Shown here piece after piece: positions 9,435 through 17,862 of a DNA stretch of 64,000 nucleotides. The DNA is from Hyphomicrobiales bacterium. GTDB lineage: Bacteria; Pseudomonadota; Alphaproteobacteria; Rhizobiales; UBA4765. The notes below the pieces were generated by a model. It saw only the letters and a list, made by a program, of their open reading frames with translations. It ran no database searches and was not told the origin of the DNA. The stretch covers positions 12,902 through 76,901 of the forward strand of contig JAIEPZ010000018.1 of the NCBI GenBank assembly GCA_019748135.1. Direction: 5' to 3'. Numbering within the stretch: position 1 is the first letter of the stretch; the number at the start of each line of letters is the position of its first letter. Position numbers and translations under genes: made by a program.

Positions 9435-10091
9435 ATGATACAGCGCAAGCCGCGTTTCGCGCACCAATCAACTGAACATCTGTATGAATATTGGAACCGG
9501 CGCCGTGGGTCGCGTCCGGCACCGACGCGTGCAGAAATTGAGCCAAGTGATATCCGCAACATTCTCCCTGATACATTTATTCTGTCGGTTGATGAGGGTC
9601 GCATTTCCTGGCGGCTGGCGGGCATGCGCATCTGTACGCTTCACTGCCGTGAACTGAAGGAGCGTGACTTTCTCGCCGACTGGCTGGGGCGCGAGCGCGA
9701 GACCATCGAATCTCTTCTCCAGGCAATCATTGCCGAGGCCGCTGTCACGGTTTTGCAGTTTCAGGGAAGTGCCGGCAGAGGCGCACCGCTTGATGTCGAA
9801 ATGGTCCTCATGCCTCTGTCGACATTCGGCCGCGCCAATCGCATATTAGGCGCCATGGGGACGCTGAACGATCCATACTGGATTGGCATCCAGCCACCGT
9901 CAAACCGCAAGATCGGTAATACGCGTCTGCTGTGGCCATCGGGCGCCCCAGACAATTTCTACGGCGAAACTCCCTCTCTCGCCTCGGCGCAGTCACGCTT
10001 TACCCAGTTGATGACACCGGAAATCGAACTGGCGGCCGATCGTGCGCGCCGTTATCGCCATTTGACAGTGATGGATGGCGGCAAAAACTGA
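9435..10091 (+). CDS. stand-alone PAS-domain protein (Rhizobiales-type)
   Basis: 218 aa. 'LYEYWNRRRGSRPAPTRAEIEPSDIRNILPDTFIL' resembles the small PAS-domain proteins common in alpha-proteobacteria. Confidence 0.7.
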   Translation: MIQRKPRFAHQSTEHLYEYWNRRRGSRPAPTRAEIEPSDIRNILPDTFILSVDEGRISWRLAGMRICTLHCRELKERDFLADWLGRERETIESLLQAIIAEAAVTVLQFQGSAGRGAPLDVEMVLMPLSTFGRANRILGAMGTLNDPYWIGIQPPSNRKIGNTRLLWPSGAPDNFYGETPSLASAQSRFTQLMTPEIELAADRARRYRHLTVMDGGKN

Positions 10092-10225
10092 ACAGCAATC
10101 CGCGTGTGATAAGCCGGGATAGTTTTCGTTTGATCGTCCTGGCAGCCTTAAACTAACCGGTTCTTAAGGTTAAGCGGGGTAGTTTGTTGCCAAGTGATAA
10201 CGCTTGAAGGCAAGCAAACACGACG

Positions 10226-10843
10226 ATGAATGTAGCGCTCGCTCAAAATCGCCCGGGACAGACGCCAAAGCCACGCGAAAAGCGTCGCTTTCAGCGCGTC
10301 AGCATCTCCTTGCTCGGTCGCTATATGCTGCCCACCAAGCAGGAATATCCTTGCCAGGTTCTGGACATCTCGCCAGGCGGCGTATCATTCGTCGCCCCTG
10401 AAACCTCGCTGGTCGGCGATATGGTGATTGCCTATATCGACCATGTGGGCCGCGTCGAGGGGCGCATCGCACGCCTTATTCCCAATGGCTTTGCCATGAC
10501 GATCGAGGCGACGGCGCGCAAACGCGACAAGCTCGCCTCCCAGCTGACATGGCTTGCCAATCGTCATGTTCTGGGCCTGCCGGAAGATCGTCGCCATGAA
10601 CGCATTCTGCCGCGCAATCCCATGTCGCGCCTGACCCTGCCCGACGGCAGCGTGCAGCCATGCCGCCTCATCGACCTGTCCCTGTCAGGCGCTGCCATCA
10701 GCCTGCAGAACCGCCCGACTGTCGGAACACCAGTGCTGCTTGGCCGTATCCGCGCTCGCATCGTGCGTCATCTCGAAGCCGGTATCGCGCTCGAATTCGC
10801 CAGCATCCAGGACCCCGAGCACATCGAGCAGCAACTGCATTGA
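10226..10843 (+). CDS. tandem PilZ-domain protein (putative c-di-GMP receptor)
   Basis: Two RxxxR...D/NxSxxG pairs: 'RRFQRV...DISPGGVSF' and 'RRHERI...DLSLSGAAI'. Confidence 0.8.
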   Translation: MNVALAQNRPGQTPKPREKRRFQRVSISLLGRYMLPTKQEYPCQVLDISPGGVSFVAPETSLVGDMVIAYIDHVGRVEGRIARLIPNGFAMTIEATARKRDKLASQLTWLANRHVLGLPEDRRHERILPRNPMSRLTLPDGSVQPCRLIDLSLSGAAISLQNRPTVGTPVLLGRIRARIVRHLEAGIALEFASIQDPEHIEQQLH

Positions 10844-10943
10844 CAGCCGGCTTCGTGCTGAGATGTGACGGTATAAGCCTCACTTTATAAAAATTGTTGC
10901 TGCCGTTCGTGGCGTCCTCACGTCGAATTCACCGATAATCGAC

Positions 10944-11212
10944 TTAGGGTCAGGACCCATTAATTTGGACGAAACGGTGGGAGAGAAATGGCGCGAGGTT
11001 GAGGAGCAAGCCTGCAGGAAGTCGTCTGACTTTCAAAGGCTTGCGACATAAAGATCGCGTCATTTCACCCCATCCGAAGGACAAGGCACGAATGGCAAAC
11101 TGGTTCGTCGAAGCCCTCAACCATACCAAGGAGTATGCTTTTCGGGCTTCTCCTGCCATTTTATCCATTCGTGCCATGCCGTTTTGCCTAAATTAATGGG
11201 TCCTCACCCTAA
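10944..11212. mobile_element. MITE-like non-autonomous element (269 bp, 23-bp terminal inverted repeats)
   Basis: Left end is ttagggtcaggacccattaattt (10944-10966). Right end is aaattaatgggtcctcaccctaa (11190-11212). They are 22/23 complementary, with weaker complementarity extending ~12 nt inward. The outermost TA at each end fits a TA target duplication. No transposase is present. Confidence 0.4.
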
Positions 11213-11223
11213 CAACAGACCAT

Positions 11224-11252
11224 AGGGCGCCGTGACGGCGCCCTTATTGTTT
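11224..11252 (+). terminator. intrinsic terminator-like hairpin
   Basis: Perfect 9-bp stem AGGGCGCCG/CGGCGCCCT with a TGA loop, followed by TATTGTTT. Confidence 0.55.
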
Positions 11253-11442
11253 CCGCCCGCCTGCAGTCGCATGTGTCGCGACAACATCAGCAGGCGAGGC
11301 TGAACGTACAGCCTCGCGCGCGCCCCAGGCGATGACCTGGCCGCAACACAGCGCTTTGTGGCGCACCACCTATCGCCCCGCTCATCCAGGCCATCCCCCG
11401 CACAGCCTATGACGCGTCAGCGCAGCGCTGCCAGTTCGTTCG

Positions 11443-11469
11443 AATTTGAGACAAATTTGCGTCAATTTG
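11443..11469. repeat. three phased AATTTG direct repeats
   Basis: AATTTG at 11443-48, 11454-59 and 11464-69, with 11- and 10-bp spacing. They lie just upstream of an AT-rich tract and the BTLCP gene. Confidence 0.5.
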
Positions 11470-11651
11470 GGATCGCATGTTGTGGTGGCGCAGCGTCTTC
11501 CATGGCTAATATTGTATTAAAGTAATCATTAAAATTAGACATAAATAATACTAAAACAATCATAAAACATACATAAAATGCATGAATATTACTTAGCGTG
11601 ACTGAAAATATTGTGTGTCATCTTCCCAATACTAACGGGGAGAGACAGAAC

Positions 11652-12299
11652 ATGCAAAAACTAATTGCAACAGTAGGCGTCCTGGTGATGATCTTCAGCC
11701 TGTCACAGGCCATGGCCCGCGACGCCTTCACCCTGCCGGCCGAACCAGCGTCGGCGACAACATCGAATTACATCTCGATCAACGGCGAGACACGCCCGCC
11801 GTCGGGCTGGGTGCAGTTCTGCCGCGATTTTCCGGCTGAATGCGTTGAGAGCAACACCGCGCCGCGTGACGCCAAGATGTCTAAAGCCGCCTGGGCGCAG
11901 CTTGATGCGATCAACCGCCAGGTCAACCACGACATCATTCCAATCACCGACTGGGATCACTACGGCGTTGAGGATTACTGGACATACCCGGATGATGGAA
12001 AGGGTGATTGCGAGAAATATGTTCTCGAGAAGCGCCGGCGTCTGCACTCACTGGGCTGGCCGGAGAGTGCGCTGCTGATCACGGTCGTGCGTGACACGAA
12101 AAACGAGGGTCACGCTGTCCTGATGGTGCGCACCAGCGAAGGCGACGTCATCCTCGACAATCTGAGCAATGACATCCGCCACTGGAGCAAAGTTCCTTAC
12201 CGCTACGTCAAGCGTCAGTCGCAGTGGAGTCCGAATATCTGGGTATCACTTGCCCCCCACGCAGGTGGATCCGACCTCGCGACCGCCACGCGCCGCTAA
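11652..12299 (+). CDS. bacterial transglutaminase-like cysteine proteinase (BTLCP / LapG-like), exported
   Basis: Signal-like 'MQKLIATVGVLVMIFSLSQAMA'. Cys-His-Asp candidates are 'GKGDCEKYVLEKRRRL', 'EGHAVLMV' and 'ILDNL'. GGAGAG lies 6 nt upstream of the ATG at 11652. Confidence 0.85.
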   Translation: MQKLIATVGVLVMIFSLSQAMARDAFTLPAEPASATTSNYISINGETRPPSGWVQFCRDFPAECVESNTAPRDAKMSKAAWAQLDAINRQVNHDIIPITDWDHYGVEDYWTYPDDGKGDCEKYVLEKRRRLHSLGWPESALLITVVRDTKNEGHAVLMVRTSEGDVILDNLSNDIRHWSKVPYRYVKRQSQWSPNIWVSLAPHAGGSDLATATRR

Positions 12300-12355
12300 C
12301 GTCAACCTATTGGGTCCTCGGTCTCCCTGCCTCCCCGTCCCCGACCAGGATCCCG

Positions 12356-12393
12356 GAGCCGGTCCTCCCCCCAAGGACCGGCTCTTCTTTTTT
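12356..12393 (+). terminator. rho-independent terminator
   Basis: 11-bp stem GAGCCGGTCCT/AGGACCGGCTC with a C-rich loop, then TTCTTTTTT. Confidence 0.7.
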
Positions 12394-12922
12394 AGCCCAC
12401 GCGCTTCAAACTGTTGTTAAATCGTCTGAAATTGGCCTGATACCCTTTTGTCAGGCGAGCGATGTTCGCGATTGCCGCCTCGTCCAGCAGGCGAACCGCC
12501 TTGGCTGGCGCACCAAGGATCAGCGATCCTTCGGGAAAACTCTTGCCTTCGCCGACAAACGAATGAGCACCAACCAGGCTGTTGCGCCTGATGAGCGCAC
12601 CGTTCAGCACCACCGCACCCATGCCGACGAGCGAATTGGTCTCCATCGTGCATCCGTGCAGGATCGCCTGATGGCCGACCGTACAGCCGCCAGCGATCAT
12701 CATCGGAAAACCGATGTCGGTATGCAGGATCGAGCCATCCTGGATGTTGGACCCCTCGCCGATTTCGATCCACTCATTGTCGCCGCGCAAGACCGCCCCG
12801 AACCAGATACTGGCGCCCGGCTTCAGCCGCACCTTGCCGATGACGGCGGCGTTTTCAGCGATGAAGTAATCGCCATTGGCGGGAAGATCGGGACCAACCC
12901 CGTCTAGTTCATAGATGGCCAT
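12392..12922 (-). CDS. gamma carbonic anhydrase-like / hexapeptide-repeat protein
   Basis: 'FIAENAAVIGKVRLKPGASIWFGAVLRGD...IEIGEGSNIQDGSILHTD' is typical of the left-handed beta-helix gamma-CA family. Confidence 0.88.
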   Translation of the reverse strand: MAIYELDGVGPDLPANGDYFIAENAAVIGKVRLKPGASIWFGAVLRGDNEWIEIGEGSNIQDGSILHTDIGFPMMIAGGCTVGHQAILHGCTMETNSLVGMGAVVLNGALIRRNSLVGAHSFVGEGKSFPEGSLILGAPAKAVRLLDEAAIANIARLTKGYQANFRRFNNSLKRVG

Positions 12923-12972
12923 GTCTGCGTGCTCCGTGATCGCGTGCGCTTCAAGACAAGCACAGCACCACC

Positions 12973-13308
12973 TCAGGCAAAAAGAGCAATGTGCAGGCGA
13001 ATGACGACATCAAGCACATAGACGCCGATAATAAAGCTCCACACAGAGACAAGGACGAGCGAGGCAGCCATCCATCCCCAGGCCCTGCCCTTGATCGTCC
13101 GCCCGCGCCACGCATTGCGGGCGATGACAGCCGGTCCAGTCACCGCCAGAAGCGGGAGTGCCACCAGTGAGCCTGCAGGCCCGCCCTCGGTCAGCAGCTT
13201 GAAAGACATGGGCTGGGTGGTGATGAGGCGATAACAGCTCGCCAGTATTCCCGCCGTTACAAAGCCAAGAGCGATCGCCCATAGCAGGACGCTGATAGTT
13301 GTCGACAT
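12973..13308 (-). CDS. small integral membrane protein (hypothetical)
   Basis: 111 aa with three to four hydrophobic helices. No family recognised. Confidence 0.55.
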   Translation of the reverse strand: MSTTISVLLWAIALGFVTAGILASCYRLITTQPMSFKLLTEGGPAGSLVALPLLAVTGPAVIARNAWRGRTIKGRAWGWMAASLVLVSVWSFIIGVYVLDVVIRLHIALFA

Positions 13309-13402
13309 GTTAACGCCTCACTCGCATTCCGTATCATTTTGATACGGCAGTCCCCCATATTCACTGAACCGCGCAAGCATCATACCGTTGCCGCAGCGGC
13401 AC

Positions 13403-14131
13403 ATGATTCGCCGCATGCGCTCGCTCGGGCTCGATTGGATTTCTGCACCATTGGCAACCCGCATCCCTCTCTGGCCTTTTGCAGCCGTCAGCGTACTGGC
13501 CGCCTTGGTGACGAGCGCGCTGGTGGTCCGGCCATCGATCGAAGCCTGGTGGTACAGCGAGCGGGCACCATTGCCGGCTGACCAGATCCCGCGCCCGTTC
13601 CGCGTCACCGTCGGGACCGTGCCGCTGTCAGTGCCCTATGATCTGGTGCGCTTTCCCGGCCAGCGCCGGGACGCGGCCGTTGATCGTCTGGAACTGGTTT
13701 TGCGCTGGCCACCATCCAACGCACCCGGCCCCGGCCAGGCGACCGGCTCCACGGGAGATGCCGATGTGTTCATTTCGCTGAGCCCGCCTGATGACATTCT
13801 CGACCCTACCCGCCGGCTCGGCGCCATCTATAACCGGCTGCTTGACCCGGCAACACTGAATGCGCCGCAAGGTCTCACGGGTCGGCGGTTCGTGCCGGAT
13901 TCAGGATATGTGGGTGAGGAGCTTTTCTATGACCCGGCAAGCCCCACGTCCTATTTTGTGCGATGCGCCCCGCCCGTCACCGATCAACCCGGAACGTGCC
14001 TGCGCGAAATCCGACTGACCGAGCGGCTGGATATCGTCTATCGCTTTCCCCGCAGCCTGCTGGGGCAATGGCGACGGCTTGACGAGACCATATCAGCGCT
14101 CCTCGCCGCGATCAGCGCTGCAGACCGCTGA
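13403..14131 (+). CDS. membrane-anchored hypothetical protein
   Basis: One N-terminal TM segment ('PLWPFAAVSVLAALVTSALVV') and a ~190-aa soluble part. The track start at 13388 is TTG; the first in-frame ATG is at 13403. Confidence 0.55.
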   Translation: MIRRMRSLGLDWISAPLATRIPLWPFAAVSVLAALVTSALVVRPSIEAWWYSERAPLPADQIPRPFRVTVGTVPLSVPYDLVRFPGQRRDAAVDRLELVLRWPPSNAPGPGQATGSTGDADVFISLSPPDDILDPTRRLGAIYNRLLDPATLNAPQGLTGRRFVPDSGYVGEELFYDPASPTSYFVRCAPPVTDQPGTCLREIRLTERLDIVYRFPRSLLGQWRRLDETISALLAAISAADR

Positions 14132-14143
14132 GCGCCAGGCCGT

Positions 14144-14356
14144 TCAATCCTCGAGGTCGATTTCGAGAATCGCCATCTGGAAATTATAGGATGTCTCTCC
14201 GTCTTCCTTGTCCTCAAACATCACGCCAAGGAATTCATCGCCGACATACACTTCAGCCGAATCCGTTTTACGAGGGCGCGCGCGTACCGTAATCCCCTGA
14301 TTATCAAATGTACGGCGCATGAAACGCTCGATCTTCTTCAGCTCTTCACCCGTCAT
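14144..14356 (-). CDS. DUF3126 family protein
   Basis: 70 aa. 'LKKIERFMRRTFDN...AEVYVGDEFLGV' resembles the small conserved alpha-proteobacterial protein usually found next to cysE. Confidence 0.75.
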   Translation of the reverse strand: MTGEELKKIERFMRRTFDNQGITVRARPRKTDSAEVYVGDEFLGVMFEDKEDGETSYNFQMAILEIDLED

Positions 14357-14522
14357 CGGCAGTCCCTTTCGGCTTGCGCCGTTGCATCGTTACAAATTCG
14401 GCAGCGATCCGGCGCATCCCCTTCACGCCATGGCGGGCGCCAGACCAGCGCCTCCACAACACCCTGATTTACGACCGCGACATGTGCCGCAATTCACCGG
14501 CAAGGACAAGCCGGCGGCGCGA

Positions 14523-15365
14523 TCAAATGCTGAAAGTGAAATTCTGATCCATCTGCCGCGAGGGCTGGTCACAGCCAGATGTCCCGACAACCTTGGCGGG
14601 CACGCCGGCAACCGTCGTGCAGCGGGGCACATTGTCCAAAACGACCGAGCCGGCGCCAACGCGCGCGCATTCGCCAACTTCGATATTGCCAAGGATCTTG
14701 GCTCCGCTACCGATCAGCACGCCACGGCGGATTTTGGGATGACGGTCGCCGCTTTCCTTACCCGTACCCCCAAGCGTGACGCTCTGCAGGATGGATACAT
14801 CATCTTCAATCACCGTCGTCTCGCCCACAACCAGACCCGTCGCGTGATCAAGCAGAATACCACGCCCGAGCCGAGCGGCGGGATGAATATCAACGCCGTA
14901 GGATGACGATGCCCTGCTCTGCAGATAGAGCGCAAAATCACGCCGCCCGCGCTGCCACATAAAATGTGCAAAGCGATGCGTCTGAATGGCGGAAAACCCT
15001 TTGAAATAGAGAATCGGCTCGATCATGCGCTTGCACGCAGCGTCGCGATCTATCACTGCCGAAATATCCGCCCGGAAGCTGTCGCCGATTGTCTCGTCCT
15101 GCTCAACCGCCATTTCAAACACCCGTCGCAGCAATTCGCCGGGCACGTCGGAATGATCAAGTCGCTGCGCCAGGCGGTGGATCACCGCATCCTCAAGCGT
15201 CGCATGCGACAGAACGGTGGCATAAACGAAGGAGGCGAGCGCCGGCTCCTCAGCAACAATCGCCTCAGCCTCGCCGCGTATCCGGTCCCAGACCGGATCG
15301 AGCAGCCGCAACGTTCCTGGATTACGCGTCGGCTGCGACGCCTGGTTGGTATTGGATGGCTGCAT
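14523..15365 (-). CDS. cysE: serine O-acetyltransferase
   Basis: N-terminal SATase helical domain, then hexapeptide 'GILLDHATGLVVGETTVIEDDVSILQSVTLGGTG...RHPKI'. Confidence 0.92.
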   Translation of the reverse strand: MQPSNTNQASQPTRNPGTLRLLDPVWDRIRGEAEAIVAEEPALASFVYATVLSHATLEDAVIHRLAQRLDHSDVPGELLRRVFEMAVEQDETIGDSFRADISAVIDRDAACKRMIEPILYFKGFSAIQTHRFAHFMWQRGRRDFALYLQSRASSSYGVDIHPAARLGRGILLDHATGLVVGETTVIEDDVSILQSVTLGGTGKESGDRHPKIRRGVLIGSGAKILGNIEVGECARVGAGSVVLDNVPRCTTVAGVPAKVVGTSGCDQPSRQMDQNFTFSI

Positions 15366-15558
15366 GGAAGGCTCCCCGCATTGATCTTAGCGATAGCTAT
15401 ATAGTTGGCTTTGCCGTCCTCCGCGAGGGCTGCGCGCGCATTCCCGCAATGTCAGTGCACGCCCGCTCACGCACGAAGATGATTCAAATGATTAAGACAC
15501 TATGTTATTTCATTGAACCGATGACGTATTTATCAATTTTACAATAACTGACAGCATG

Positions 15559-16371
15559 TCACGCACGTTCATCAAGGAAGGCGAGAACGGCTGCCTTGTG
15601 GCTCTTGTCGCCGACTGCCGACATATGATCACGCTCAACAATCATGAACACACGGGCGCCGGGAATGAGCGCGGCAAGCCCCTCGGGGCTGCCAACTCCC
15701 AGATCACGCGTGCCAACCGCAACCAGGGTTGGTACAGCGATTGCGTTCAGTTTTTCCGGCGCGATCGGCACCCGCATTGATGCGACGCACGCCGCCAGCG
15801 CCAAACGATCGCTTTTCGTTTGATCGGCGAAGCTGCGATAGGCTTTGCCGACGGGATCGGCCAAACTGGCCGGATCATCGGCGGTGAGGGCTTGAGCAAT
15901 CGCGGCGCTGTGCGCCATGCCTTCGACAAGCCCGAGCCCGACGCCACCAAGAACCAGCGACCGCACGCGCTGCGGAGCCATACCTGCGAGGCAAAGCGCA
16001 AGCCGAGCGCCCATCGAATAGCCAATGATATCGCCGCGTTTGATCGCCAGGTGATCGAGCAGCGCCAGCGCATCGCCCGCCATCAGCTTCTGCTCGTAAT
16101 GCCCGCTGTCATGCGGCTTGGCCGATTGCCCATGGCCGCGATTATCAAGCGCGATCACCCGGTAGCCACTCGCCGTCAGCGTCTTCACCCAGCCTGGTGC
16201 TACCCAGTTCGTCTCCTTGTTGGAGGCAAAGCCGTGGATAAGGATAATCGCCTCTCCCTCGCCTTCATCGAGATAGGCAATCTGCATATCGCCATTTTTG
16301 AAGTCCGGCACGGGGGTCTCCTGTCGCTGTGCATTCTGTTCGTGACAAGCCAAATCGAACGCTGGCCTCAT
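15559..16371 (-). CDS. alpha/beta hydrolase
   Basis: 'ILIHGFASN' oxyanion segment and 'GYSMGA' nucleophile elbow. Start uncertain: GTG 16383, ATG 16371 or ATG 16287. Confidence 0.8.
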   Translation of the reverse strand: MRPAFDLACHEQNAQRQETPVPDFKNGDMQIAYLDEGEGEAIILIHGFASNKETNWVAPGWVKTLTASGYRVIALDNRGHGQSAKPHDSGHYEQKLMAGDALALLDHLAIKRGDIIGYSMGARLALCLAGMAPQRVRSLVLGGVGLGLVEGMAHSAAIAQALTADDPASLADPVGKAYRSFADQTKSDRLALAACVASMRVPIAPEKLNAIAVPTLVAVGTRDLGVGSPEGLAALIPGARVFMIVERDHMSAVGDKSHKAAVLAFLDERA

Positions 16372-16415
16372 TCTGTCAATCACAGTATGGTCCCGCCATC
16401 GTTTGAGGATCGATC

Positions 16416-16658
16416 ATGACAGACCACGCAGTCGCACATTTTCATAACAGCCCGGGCAAGTCCGTCATCAAGGTCGGCGCGCGCGAATTCATGTGCATGG
16501 GCGCCCTGCCACCCTACGACCATCCCCATGTGTTCCTTGACATGGGAGCGGAGGGGGAAATTATCTGTCCCTATTGCTCGACGCTCTATCGTCATGACAG
16601 CAAGCTTGCCCCACGCCAGGCCGATCCGGCCGAATGCGCCTACAGCGCTGCGGCCTGA
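16416..16658 (+). CDS. zinc-finger (CHCC-type) domain protein
   Basis: 80 aa. 'FMCMGALPPYDHPHVFLDMG...IICPYCSTLY'. Confidence 0.75.
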   Translation: MTDHAVAHFHNSPGKSVIKVGAREFMCMGALPPYDHPHVFLDMGAEGEIICPYCSTLYRHDSKLAPRQADPAECAYSAAA

Positions 16659-16670
16659 CAACATCACCCT

Positions 16671-17855
16671 ATGAACAGCCTCGACCGGCCCATTATCATC
16701 GCCGGCGCCGGCATTTCCGGGCTGAGTGCGGCCTTGTGCCTGACGCGCGCCGGTTTTGACGTTCATCTGATCGAGCGCGCCGGCACATTCGATGAGGTCG
16801 GCGCCGGGCTTCAGTTGTCGCCTAACGCCTCGCGCATCCTCATCACGCTTGGCCTTGACCGCCTGCTTGACCACCTGGTCGGCAAACCGCAATCATTGAT
16901 GGTACGCAACGCTCATTCAGGACGTGTCCTGGTCGATATGCCGTTTGGCGCCGAAGCCGTGCGCCGCTGGGGGGCGCCGATGTGGGTGGCGCACCGCGCC
17001 GATCTGCAGGCAGCGCTCCTCACGCTGGTGCGGCAGGAGACGCGGCTGCGTCTGTCACCTGGTCGTGAGGTGAGCGCGGTCACGGAAATGGCGACAAGCG
17101 TCAGCGCCGTCCTGCGTGGCGGTCCGCAGGATGAAGACGTGTCCACACCTCTTTTTCTGGCAGCCGACGGGCTGTGGTCGACATTGCGCAGCCCGATGGA
17201 AGGTGGCGCGCCACCACGCTTTGCCGGGCGCTCGGCCTATCGGGCAACCGTTCCTGTGGACGGCGTTCCAGCACCACTGCGTCGTAACGCCACCGGCTTG
17301 TGGCTCGGCCATCGCGCCCATCTCGTCCATTATCCGCTGCGCGGCGGCACGCTGGTGAACATCGTCGCCATTATTTCCGACGACTATCCCGAGGAAAGTT
17401 GGGCAGCGCCGGCTGACACCAATGACGTCCAGCAGCGCTTCGCCGATTTCGCCCTGCCTGCCCGTGAATTGCTGGCGCTGGCGCCGGAATGGAAGCGTTG
17501 GCCGCTTTATATCCGCCCGCCATTGCGCCGCTGGCCGGGAACGCGCCTGCTGCCCATCGGCGATGCCGCTCACCCCATGGTGCCCTTTCTTGCGCAAGGG
17601 GCCTCGATGGCGATAGAGGACGCCTGGGTGCTCACAAGCTGCCTGAGCAAAGAGCCCGACATCAACAACGCTCTCGCCCGCTTCAAGCGCGAGCGCACCG
17701 CCCGTGTCACACGCGTTCAGGCAGAAGCCATCCGCAACGGCCACGTCTTTCACCTGGGCGGGATCGCCGCGCTTGCCCGCGATATGGCACTCAGCGCGCT
17801 AGGGCCCAAAGGCCTCGCCGCCAGATATGACTGGCTCTATGGCTTTCAGGCTTGA
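16671..17855 (+). CDS. FAD-dependent monooxygenase (salicylate hydroxylase/UbiH-like)
   Basis: 'IIIAGAGISGLSAAL' dinucleotide fold and 'GDAAHPMVPFLAQGASMAIEDA'. Confidence 0.85.
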   Translation: MNSLDRPIIIAGAGISGLSAALCLTRAGFDVHLIERAGTFDEVGAGLQLSPNASRILITLGLDRLLDHLVGKPQSLMVRNAHSGRVLVDMPFGAEAVRRWGAPMWVAHRADLQAALLTLVRQETRLRLSPGREVSAVTEMATSVSAVLRGGPQDEDVSTPLFLAADGLWSTLRSPMEGGAPPRFAGRSAYRATVPVDGVPAPLRRNATGLWLGHRAHLVHYPLRGGTLVNIVAIISDDYPEESWAAPADTNDVQQRFADFALPARELLALAPEWKRWPLYIRPPLRRWPGTRLLPIGDAAHPMVPFLAQGASMAIEDAWVLTSCLSKEPDINNALARFKRERTARVTRVQAEAIRNGHVFHLGGIAALARDMALSALGPKGLAARYDWLYGFQA

Positions 17856-17862
17856 TATCGCA

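Noticed and set aside
10148-10173. CtrA-like boxes (TTAA / CTAA-N7-TTAA / TTAAGGTTAA) upstream of the PilZ gene.
   Set aside because: The only N7-spaced pair has a mismatch in one half-site. TTAA tetramers are too frequent in this locally AT-richer spacer to be meaningful without comparative data.
10950-11196. The 75-aa (-) and 65-aa (+) ORFs inside the MITE-like element as real genes.
   Set aside because: They are mutually antisense, have no recognisable family, and lack a convincing Shine-Dalgarno sequence. They lie entirely between the inverted repeats. I treated them as non-coding pending expression data.
12311-12319. A 9-nt match (TGGGTCCTC) to the right terminal repeat of the MITE-like element, downstream of the BTLCP gene, as a possible solo TIR flanking the gene.
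   Set aside because: The match does not extend beyond 9-11 nt. A 9-mer coincidence is expected by chance in 64 kb on two strands.
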